From assembly GCA_046497275.1 (NCBI GenBank), contig JAWOFX010000035.1:5751-37750 (forward strand): DNA of 32,000 nucleotides, in the 5' to 3' direction. This stretch comes from Promethearchaeia archaeon. GTDB taxonomy: Archaea; Asgardarchaeota; Lokiarchaeia; Sigyniarchaeales; SOKP01. The notes beneath the pieces are model-generated. The model saw only the letters and a list, made by a program, of their open reading frames with translations. It was not told the origin of the DNA and ran no database searches. Shown here piece after piece: positions 1-12,556 of this stretch (position 1 is its first letter; each line of letters opens with the position of its first letter). Both the position numbers and the translations under genes were made by a program.

Positions 1-1
1 T

Positions 2-1312
2 AGAAAAGTTTATGCATCAATATTAGATATTCCCGAAGACAAACCAATAGACTACGTAATTATTGCAGTTCCAGCTAAAATTGTTCCCAAAATAATGAAA
101 GAAGTCGGTCAAAAAAGTGTACCTTTTGTAACTATCTTTAGTTCCGGGTTCAGTGAAGTTGGAAATGAGGGATTAGAGGATGAAGTACTAAGCATCGCTA
201 AACAATTTGGGGTCAGAATTATCGGTCCAAACTGCATTGGAGTATACTGTCCCGAATCTGATTTATATTTTGGGAGGGATCAATCAAAAAAAACAGGAAA
301 TTTTGGTGGAGTATTCCAATCTGGAGGTCTTGCGGTAAATGCATCTCAATTGGCTGTTGCATATGGGTGCTATATATCGAAAATGATTTCAATCGGAAAT
401 GCGATTGATCTTTCCCATCCAGACTTTCTTGAATATTTTTTGGAAGATGATAAAACAGCAATAATAGGTTTATATTTAGAAAACTTGAAAAACCAGAAAT
501 ATGGTAGGCGTTTTATGGATGCTGCGATAAAATGCAATTTAAACAGAAAGCCTGTCATATTATGGAGAGCTGGATACGGAGAGGCAACTAAAAAAGCTAT
601 ACAATCCCATACAGGAGGTTTGGCAGGAAATAATGAAATCTGGAAAGCAGTAGCAAAACAAACAGGTTGTTGTTTGGTCAATAATTCCATTGAACTTTCT
701 GCTCTTGCTGCGGCATTTAAATTAACTCATTTACCCTCTTCAAGAAACATTGGATTGATAGGAATAGGAGGAGGCTCTACAATTGAGGCAAGTGACACAT
801 TAGAAAAGTATAATATAAAAATACCTCAATTAACAAAAAAAACTATTAATATAATGGCAAGATTTCTTCCAGAAGTGAATACTAATTTGAAGAATCCATT
901 AGACCTCGGAGCTTTAGGAGCAATGCCTCATTTATATTATCGAACTATTATAACTCTTGATAAAGACCCTAATATCTCTTCAATAGTTTTTGTAAAAGAT
1001 CCAGAAAGATTTAAAAATTTAGAAGAAACAATGATTTCGAAAATGGGATTTAAGGAAGGTGTGGATTTAAATAGAGCTTTTATAAAATACATAACTAAAG
1101 CGAAAAGAGTATGTGATAAACCGATGTATTGTGTTATGCTTAAAATATCTGAGGGTTTTGAAGAATATAAAAGCCGCTACAAATTCAAGCTAAAGCTTCT
1201 CAATAGAAATGTGCCTGTATATGAGAATTTCGAATTAATCGGAACTGTTCTTGATCAAATGAATAAATATAGAGAATTCCTACAAGCGCACGGGAAATAT
1301 CCAAAAAATTAG
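2..1312 (+). CDS. Acyl-CoA synthetase (NDP-forming) alpha-subunit-like / CoA-binding protein; 5'-truncated by the window edge
   Basis: The frame is open from base 2 (RKVYASILDIPEDKPIDYVIIAVPAKIVPKI) before the track's ATG at 95, so the true start lies upstream. Motifs: CoA-binding region (SSGFSEVG, RIIGPNCIG), succinyl-CoA-ligase-like domain (QSGG, SIGNAIDL), phospho-His motif SHTGGLAG, and NPLDL. No ATP-grasp domain in the visible part. Confidence 0.88.
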   Translation, partial: RKVYASILDIPEDKPIDYVIIAVPAKIVPKIMKEVGQKSVPFVTIFSSGFSEVGNEGLEDEVLSIAKQFGVRIIGPNCIGVYCPESDLYFGRDQSKKTGNFGGVFQSGGLAVNASQLAVAYGCYISKMISIGNAIDLSHPDFLEYFLEDDKTAIIGLYLENLKNQKYGRRFMDAAIKCNLNRKPVILWRAGYGEATKKAIQSHTGGLAGNNEIWKAVAKQTGCCLVNNSIELSALAAAFKLTHLPSSRNIGLIGIGGGSTIEASDTLEKYNIKIPQLTKKTINIMARFLPEVNTNLKNPLDLGALGAMPHLYYRTIITLDKDPNISSIVFVKDPERFKNLEETMISKMGFKEGVDLNRAFIKYITKAKRVCDKPMYCVMLKISEGFEEYKSRYKFKLKLLNRNVPVYENFELIGTVLDQMNKYREFLQAHGKYPKN

Positions 1313-1354
1313 AATATTTTATTAAATATTTGCTCTCATATTTTATCTTCAACC

Positions 1355-2014
1355 TTATTTTTTGTATTTTTTTAAAATCATCATAATATCTGAGCCAAAA
1401 TTTATAAATTTCGGGAGTGGAATAAAGCCCATCCAATAATAGTTCTTCTCAAGAATTATAAAACCTATTTTTTTTAATTTAGAAATTAAAACTCTTTCAG
1501 GAAGAATAGAAACATGTGTGGGATCATTTTCAAATCTTAAAAATTCTGTTATTTTATATTGAGTGCGTATTGGTATTCTTAGTAGAAATATGCCATCTTC
1601 TGCCAAACATTTATGTATATTTCTTAGAGGTGCCTCAATATTATTAATATGTTCTATAACATCCATACATATTATTACATTGAAATAATTTTTAGGATAT
1701 GGAAGTTCCTTTGTGATATCATGAACCCAAAAATGTTTTTCATTTAAATCTGGTAAAATTTTCTTACACATTTCAATCGCGTGTTTAGAAATGTCGCATC
1801 CATAGATTTCAAACCACTTTTTCATAAAATAAAGCATAAATCCATAACTGCATCCAATGTCTAAAGCCTTGCCACTTTGAACATATTTTTTTATTAGATC
1901 TATTTTGCCTTTCCAAAATATTTCTCTCCTAAGAAAGAGATATCCCCCTGGTAATTTAGCGTAGTTTGATCCCGATCCTATATAATAATCTTCTTCATAT
2001 TTTTCTGATTTCAA
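1355..2014 (-). CDS. Class I SAM-dependent methyltransferase
   Basis: Motif I ALDIGCSYG, then YGCDIS, FNVIICMDVIEHI and LAEDGIFLL. The annotated start is TTG and the frame stays open further upstream, so the start is uncertain. Confidence 0.85.
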   Translation of the reverse strand: MKSEKYEEDYYIGSGSNYAKLPGGYLFLRREIFWKGKIDLIKKYVQSGKALDIGCSYGFMLYFMKKWFEIYGCDISKHAIEMCKKILPDLNEKHFWVHDITKELPYPKNYFNVIICMDVIEHINNIEAPLRNIHKCLAEDGIFLLRIPIRTQYKITEFLRFENDPTHVSILPERVLISKLKKIGFIILEKNYYWMGFIPLPKFINFGSDIMMILKKYKK

Positions 2015-2109
2015 ATCATCAGAATTCTTCAGTTGAAATCGTCTCCCTTTCTTTTTAATTTTATAATTGTAAAACTTATGTTTAATTAATATTGTAAAAT
2101 TTATTAAAA

Positions 2110-2904
2110 TTATTTTTTTTCATTTATTAAAGGTTTAGCCGGACTTCCCGAATAAAACCCTTGATCTGGTTTCCCTCTCCAGCCTTTATGCAAAACAGAT
2201 AAAGGATATATAACATAATTACTTTTCGCTTCCGCATTTGGCCCAGCTATAACTCCAGGATAGAATATAGTATTTTGACCTAGTTTAATCTCCATAATAC
2301 TAATTTTTCCAAATATAGTATTTACTGCGTGACTTGAAATTGCTGCTGTTGGATAAAAAAAAGAATTTTTTCCAATATCTGTAAATTCTAATCCAACGAA
2401 GTTATCACAATATATAACATTTTCCTCAATTTTATTATGCCCTATTTTTCTTAATGCATGATTAACTAACCAAGGAAAAGGGGACTTTGAACTTAACCAT
2501 ACTGGAAACTTAATAATAAAGCCTCTTCTATGATAGTATTTTAAAATCTTTCCCTCTTCTGATTCCAAATCATTTAAAACCCTCTTAAAAACCCCTTGCT
2601 TTGGAGCAGATTTCTTATTCCATCTTTTAACCCAGAATGCTGAAAATTCTATCAATATAAGTATATATAAATAATAGAGAAATAGAATTAAAAAAGATAA
2701 TAAGACTAAATGTAAAAGCAAATTAATTGCGAATAAAATTCTAAAAACATATTCAAATAATAAAAATAATCCTAAACAAATATAAAAAGGAAATAGAAAA
2801 CAAATGAAATTAATCAGAAAGAATTCTAATATAGGAAGCTCCACTTTCTTCTCAATATCACTGTCATTCATCTTTCTTAATTGACTATCTACATTAGCTT
2901 CCAT
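2110..2904 (-). CDS. Membrane protein with C-terminal LbH/acyltransferase-like domain (resembles one repeat of the Pls/PosA NRPS terminal domain)
   Basis: Two long N-terminal hydrophobic helices, then LRKIGHNKIEENV..TDIGKNS..ISSH..IKLGQN and the terminal YSGSPAK, typical of hexapeptide-repeat-like domains. Confidence 0.6.
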   Translation of the reverse strand: MEANVDSQLRKMNDSDIEKKVELPILEFFLINFICFLFPFYICLGLFLLFEYVFRILFAINLLLHLVLLSFLILFLYYLYILILIEFSAFWVKRWNKKSAPKQGVFKRVLNDLESEEGKILKYYHRRGFIIKFPVWLSSKSPFPWLVNHALRKIGHNKIEENVIYCDNFVGLEFTDIGKNSFFYPTAAISSHAVNTIFGKISIMEIKLGQNTIFYPGVIAGPNAEAKSNYVIYPLSVLHKGWRGKPDQGFYSGSPAKPLINEKK

Positions 2905-2962
2905 AATATTATTATTTATAAACTATTATTAAAAATTAATCTTAAAATTATTTTTTATTCAT

Positions 2963-3943
2963 ATGATTGACATATTCACTGTTATTGGCGGAATAATATT
3001 ATCTTTAGTGGCAACATTTTGCTATGCGATAGGATTTGTGTTGCAAAAAATGGGGCTTTTACAAGGTTTACCTGAGCTTCATTTTAATCGTGGAATAAAA
3101 ACAATACTCAAATCCTTTTTACAATTTTTTGGGAATAAATTATGGATTTCAGGCTTCTTATTAAGCTTAATTGGATGGATCCCATTTATGATCGCCGTAT
3201 CCCTAGTAGGAGTTGTGGTTGTCCAACCTCTAACTGGTGTAGGCTTAATTGTATCACTTATAGCTTCTCATATTTTATTGAATGAAAAAATTTCTTTCAT
3301 AGAAACTATTTCTGCTGGATCTTTAGTTTTTGCTCCTCTCCTAATCACTTTTGCGGGAATAACTGATGTATCTATAAATTTATATGAATTTTTAGTTCGT
3401 TTCTTAATTTATTTTATCTTAAGTTTAATCTTTTCATCATTAAGTTTTTATATTTCAAAGAAAATGAATAATAAGAGATATGAAGCTACATTTCTAACAA
3501 TAACAGGTGTAATTTTAAATGCTAATGCTATTTTATTTACAAATATTATGTCTCAAGCCCTTAAAGATGCAAATATTAATTTGATATCATGTTTTGGTTG
3601 GGCAGAGGTAATTTTTGGAATATTTTGGTTTGATTATTACCACTTTTGGGCATTTATTTCATTTTGGGGTCTTGCAATCTTTTTTTTAATAGGTTTTATA
3701 TTTTATCAAAGTGGATTCCAAAAAGGAAAGGCGTCGACAATGTATCTTATCATAAATTCTTTATCAATTATAATTCCTATTATAGTTGGTATATTTATTT
3801 TTAATCAAAACTTCCAAAATATTGGATTGTTCATTTTAGCTGTTATAATTATTATCTTAGCTGATATGAATCTAAGCAAATATCAAGCAGAAATTGAGAA
3901 ATTAGATAAAATTAAAAAAATCAAAAAGAACTCTTCAATCTGA
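2963..3943 (+). CDS. DMT-superfamily transporter (NIPA/EamA-like)
   Basis: About 9 hydrophobic segments; motifs GFVLQKMG, WISGFLL..IG, VVQPL and LLNEKI. Confidence 0.7.
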   Translation: MIDIFTVIGGIILSLVATFCYAIGFVLQKMGLLQGLPELHFNRGIKTILKSFLQFFGNKLWISGFLLSLIGWIPFMIAVSLVGVVVVQPLTGVGLIVSLIASHILLNEKISFIETISAGSLVFAPLLITFAGITDVSINLYEFLVRFLIYFILSLIFSSLSFYISKKMNNKRYEATFLTITGVILNANAILFTNIMSQALKDANINLISCFGWAEVIFGIFWFDYYHFWAFISFWGLAIFFLIGFIFYQSGFQKGKASTMYLIINSLSIIIPIIVGIFIFNQNFQNIGLFILAVIIIILADMNLSKYQAEIEKLDKIKKIKKNSSI

Positions 3944-3965
3944 TTTATTGGGTCAAAATTTAAAC

Positions 3966-8353
<4,388 letters not shown>

Positions 8354-8503
8354 ACACTAATCACATTCACAATAATTTTGAAATATAATCTAAGATAACT
8401 CCTATTTTTAAATAAGATTTCGTAATAAAATACGATGTTTCTACTAAAAATTTTCAGTTATTTTTGATAAAAATTTAAGAAGAAAAGAAAAAAAGATAAA
8501 TTT

Positions 8504-9346
8504 CTAGACTTTTAAGAAATCTATGATGTGTTGATTAACTTCTGGGGCTTTTTCTTTCGGAGATTCGTGTCCAGCATTTTCAATTACAATTAGTTGACTA
8601 TTTGGAATTTGATTGTGAATTTTTTCGTTCATAATTTTTGGGGTTTGACGATCTTTCTCAGCAGTTAAAATTAGTGTTTCAGCTTTTATTTGCGGTAAAT
8701 CATCATAGACATCATAAATACCCAGAGCATGGGCTTGGTTTTTAATATCTTGTGGTCTTGAGGGATTAGTTTTGCTTATTTCTATCAAGTCTTCTGCTGA
8801 AAATAGATTATAAAATTTCTTTTTAGGATTTTCTTCCATTTTTTTTCGAAACTTTCGATCAAAACCCATTTTAGCACCCTCAAAAAATGAACTTTTAGGA
8901 TCTTCTAACATTTTATGATATTTATCAATTTGGGATTGTTTATACATTTCTAACCCTGACTTATCTCCAGGCCATTGTGGTAAAGTATTGATTAATATTA
9001 ATTTCTTTAATCTTTCCGGGTAATTAATTGCGAAGGTCTGAACGATCATACCTCCTAATGACCAACCAAGAACGTGTGCTTTATCAATTCCCAAATGATC
9101 CATTAATCCTGCCACATCATCGGCAAACATATACATGCTATAAGGTTCATCTGGTCGATCTGATTTTCCCGCTCCTCTATTATCAAATCTTACTACCTTA
9201 AAATACTTGGAAAGAGGTTCAAATTGTGCTATCCATACTTCTTTATCTGCTCCGAATCCATGAACTAAAATTAAAGGCTCTCCTTCACCTTTAACTTCAT
9301 AACACATTTTTATTCCATTTATTTCAGCAAATTTTTCTTCACTCAT
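8504..9346 (-). CDS. Alpha/beta hydrolase (Abhydrolase_1; enol-lactonase/esterase-like)
   Basis: LVHGFG, FDNRGAGKS, nucleophile elbow GWSLGG, Asp in EKDRQTP, His in AGH. Confidence 0.9.
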   Translation of the reverse strand: MSEEKFAEINGIKMCYEVKGEGEPLILVHGFGADKEVWIAQFEPLSKYFKVVRFDNRGAGKSDRPDEPYSMYMFADDVAGLMDHLGIDKAHVLGWSLGGMIVQTFAINYPERLKKLILINTLPQWPGDKSGLEMYKQSQIDKYHKMLEDPKSSFFEGAKMGFDRKFRKKMEENPKKKFYNLFSAEDLIEISKTNPSRPQDIKNQAHALGIYDVYDDLPQIKAETLILTAEKDRQTPKIMNEKIHNQIPNSQLIVIENAGHESPKEKAPEVNQHIIDFLKV

Positions 9347-9391
9347 AATTAATCTTATATTGAATTTTATTATAAATTTTTATCTTTAAAT

Positions 9392-10228
9392 TTAATGTAT
9401 TAAAAATTTGATTAAAATTTTATTTACTTCAGGAGCGTGAGAAAGATGAAGAAAATGTCCAGAATTTTCGATCACTTGAATTCTACTTTTAGGTATTCTC
9501 TTATGTATTTCCATCATTGAAATCTTAGGTGTTAGTCTATCATGGGAACCAGCAATCAATAGAGTTTCTTGTTGGATTTTTTCTAAATGATCTAAAATGT
9601 TATGGGATCTGAGAGTATTACTCAAATTTTCAATATCTTGAGGAGTTGAAGGATTTTTAATAGACTCTTCTATAAGATCATTAGCCGAAAAAATTCCATA
9701 GAATTTTTTATCAGGGTTTTTCTTCATCTTTTTTATGAAATTCCTATGAAATAAATTTCGAGACTTATTCCAAAAAGATTTCTCAGGATCTTTTTGAAGT
9801 AGTTTGACTTCCTCAGTTCGCCCATTTTTTATAAATTCTACTGCGTTTTCATCGGGTATTCGAGGATTTGTAGTCATTAATACTAATTTATCAACTTTTT
9901 CAGGATATTTCAGGACAAAATGTTGAGCAACCATTCCTCCTAGAGATCTTCCGATAATATGGGCTTCATCAATTTTTATGTAGTCCATCAAACCAGCAAT
10001 ATCGTCTGCAAGCATTTCCATGGTATAGGGTATATTTGGTCTGTCTGATTTTCCCACTCCTCTCATATCGAATGCTAAAACGCGGAAATGCATACTTAAT
10101 TCATTTACTTGAGCAACCCAAGTCTCTTTTTTACCTCCTATCCCATGAATTAAAACAATAGGCTTCCCTTTTCCAAAATCATTATAACATAATTTTACTC
10201 CATCTATAAATGCAAATTTTTCGGTCAT
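9392..10228 (-). CDS. Alpha/beta hydrolase, tandem paralogue of 8504..9346
   Basis: LIHGIG, FDMRGVGKSDRP, GRSLGG, HDRLTP, SGH. Shares the lid segment K(M)xxNPxKKFYxxFSAxDLIE with its neighbour. Confidence 0.9.
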   Translation of the reverse strand: MTEKFAFIDGVKLCYNDFGKGKPIVLIHGIGGKKETWVAQVNELSMHFRVLAFDMRGVGKSDRPNIPYTMEMLADDIAGLMDYIKIDEAHIIGRSLGGMVAQHFVLKYPEKVDKLVLMTTNPRIPDENAVEFIKNGRTEEVKLLQKDPEKSFWNKSRNLFHRNFIKKMKKNPDKKFYGIFSANDLIEESIKNPSTPQDIENLSNTLRSHNILDHLEKIQQETLLIAGSHDRLTPKISMMEIHKRIPKSRIQVIENSGHFLHLSHAPEVNKILIKFLIH

Positions 10229-10331
10229 TTTAAATTTGAAATCTATTTTTTAATTTCTCTAGATTAAAATCATCAATCCTTTTATTCTCGTAGAAATATT
10301 GGAGCTCTTCCGTTCTTAATACAATAATTAA

Positions 10332-11309
10332 TTATAAGTGTTTGTTAATAAAAGCAGCTATTTCTTCGAATGCTTGCCTGCCAGTAGGGTGATTATCACC
10401 ATATTTATGAAAATCATGTGGCATATTCTCCCATATTTTAAGTTCAACCTCAACTTCTTGATCTCTTGCTTTTTCAGCTAAATTTTTTGCATCATCAAGT
10501 AAACCATCATGGCTTCCAGCATGGATTAATAGTGGTGGTAGCCCATTTAAGTCTCCGAATAAGGGTGATAAATACGGATTTTTTTTGCTTTCACCTTTGG
10601 AATATAAATATGATATTGGTTTCAATCCGGTCCCTAATTCAGGTTCTAAATCTCTAAATTTCTTAATTGATTTAGCTCTACATTTAAGATCAACCCAAGG
10701 CGAGATTAGAATTGCTGCTCTGGGCATTTCTAAACCTAAATCCCTAGCTTTTAGAAGCATTGCCATCGCAAGTCCTCCACCTGCTGAAGCTCCACCGATA
10801 AATATTTCATTCGATTCAAATCCATTAGATAAGAGCCAATCATAACCTTTAATCGCATCTTCCAAGGCAGCAGGAAATGGTTTCTCAGGAGCAAGAGAAT
10901 AATCAATTCCAAGAACATTTAGATTCATATATTTAGATAGTAAATAACGCACATAGCTGTTCTCGCTTAAGCTCCCCGCAACATAACCACCTCCAAAAAA
11001 ATAAAGAAATGCTTTATTTTTAGGATTATTTGGAAGTATCGTCCATTCGGCTTCAGTTCTTTTAATATTAAAATGATCCGATATAACGTTATCGGGGATA
11101 TGATTTTTCATAACTTTTCCAACATATTCAGTGGTATATCGTTCCAGTTCTAAAATCAAATTCCAATCTCCCTTCATTTCCATTGCCTCTTCAACTGGAA
11201 TATCTTTCAATTTTGCAAACTCAAATGTCGCCTTTTTTTTTAATTCCTCTTGATTTTTTAAGATTTTTTCAAAAGCAGCATCTACTTGAATAAGATTAAG
11301 ATTTACCAT
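10332..11309 (-). CDS. HSL-family (Abhydrolase_3) esterase/lipase
   Basis: FGGGY (usually HGGG), DYSLAPEKPFPAALED, GASAGG, SPWVDL, SPLFGDL.GLPP, D.LLDD, MPHDF. Confidence 0.88.
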   Translation of the reverse strand: MVNLNLIQVDAAFEKILKNQEELKKKATFEFAKLKDIPVEEAMEMKGDWNLILELERYTTEYVGKVMKNHIPDNVISDHFNIKRTEAEWTILPNNPKNKAFLYFFGGGYVAGSLSENSYVRYLLSKYMNLNVLGIDYSLAPEKPFPAALEDAIKGYDWLLSNGFESNEIFIGGASAGGGLAMAMLLKARDLGLEMPRAAILISPWVDLKCRAKSIKKFRDLEPELGTGLKPISYLYSKGESKKNPYLSPLFGDLNGLPPLLIHAGSHDGLLDDAKNLAEKARDQEVEVELKIWENMPHDFHKYGDNHPTGRQAFEEIAAFINKHL

Positions 11310-11373
11310 ACTACCAAAAATTCATTATTCAATTAAATCTCTTACGATTATAATCTAATTCTTGCACTAAAAG

Positions 11374-12426
11374 TTATCTACTACAAACAGAATACCCACA
11401 ATGATTACAATTACCTGTATCATCAATATCCAATTTTACTATATTAAATTCAGATCTTTTAATCACTGTATCTCCACAGTTCGGACAACTTGTATCGCTT
11501 CCTTTGCCACCTAAAATATTTCCCAGATACACATAATCTAATCCTGCTGCTTTCCCCATATAAAATGCTTTTTCTAAAATATCTAAATTAGTATTGGATG
11601 TGAAACCATAATCCTTAGACTTAAAATACGGAAATGCTCTGGTAAAATGTAATGGTATTGATTTTCCTAAGTCATCTTTTATACGATCTATTACTCCTTG
11701 AACTATTTTCTCGTCTGTATTGAAATCTTCTATTAAGAGATTAGTAATTTCAACATGAACATCATTATTGACAAAAAGTTTAGCATTTCTCCAAACTTTA
11801 TCCACATCAGCCCCACAATATTTTTGAACCATTTGTGAATCGCCTTTAATATCAATATTAATTGCATCTAAACCATTCTCTATTAAATCTTTTACAACCA
11901 TTTCAGTCATATAACCATTAGAGACATAAGTGGTATATAACCCTTCTTTTTTTGCTAATTGAAATGCATCTAAAGAATATTCAAACAAGAGAGTTGGTTC
12001 ATTAAATGAAATAGAGATCCCTTCACAATTATTTTGTATAGCTTTTTCTATAAATTCTTCTGGAGATAAATAATCTTTTAAATTTTTTACTTTCTCTCTG
12101 ATTGGAGCTTCAGGGTGAGAAAGATGATAATTCTGACACCAAAAACAACCAAAATTGCAACCGTAGGTTCCCACTGTATAGGCTTTCGTGCCAGGATGAA
12201 AATTATAAAAGGGTTTTTTTTCAATAGGATTTATAGACTCTGCTGGGATCTTTCCATAAACAATTGTATAAATTTCACCATCTAAATTCATACGAGTCCC
12301 ACAAAATCCCGTATTATCTTTTTTAATCTTACATTTTCTTTCGCAAGTGAGACATTGTGAAAGATTTTCATTGATTTTGAATTGAAATTTGCTTTTTCTT
12401 AAGAATTTCTCATGAATAGCCGACAT
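11374..12426 (-). CDS. amrS: AmmeMemoRadiSam system radical SAM enzyme
   Basis: N-terminal CxxCxxxC..G.CG.R, PIEKKPFYNFHPG, radical SAM motif GCNFGCFWCQN, FNEPT, NIDIKG, PLHFTRAFP, YVYLGN and C-terminal CPNC/CNHC. Confidence 0.88.
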   Translation of the reverse strand: MSAIHEKFLRKSKFQFKINENLSQCLTCERKCKIKKDNTGFCGTRMNLDGEIYTIVYGKIPAESINPIEKKPFYNFHPGTKAYTVGTYGCNFGCFWCQNYHLSHPEAPIREKVKNLKDYLSPEEFIEKAIQNNCEGISISFNEPTLLFEYSLDAFQLAKKEGLYTTYVSNGYMTEMVVKDLIENGLDAINIDIKGDSQMVQKYCGADVDKVWRNAKLFVNNDVHVEITNLLIEDFNTDEKIVQGVIDRIKDDLGKSIPLHFTRAFPYFKSKDYGFTSNTNLDILEKAFYMGKAAGLDYVYLGNILGGKGSDTSCPNCGDTVIKRSEFNIVKLDIDDTGNCNHCGYSVCSR

Positions 12427-12556
12427 TTTTTCCTAGCAAGAATAAACGATTATGGAATATAAAAAATATGTTTGCAATTTATTTAATGGTAGAATCAATT
12501 AACTTTTATCACACAAAATCATTTGATATAAATACCACTATGACAAATTATAATCT

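Noticed and set aside
219-1436. Short ORFs 219..461(-), 370..690(-) and 1200..1436(-)
   Set aside because: They overlap well-supported genes and have no motifs; shadow ORFs.
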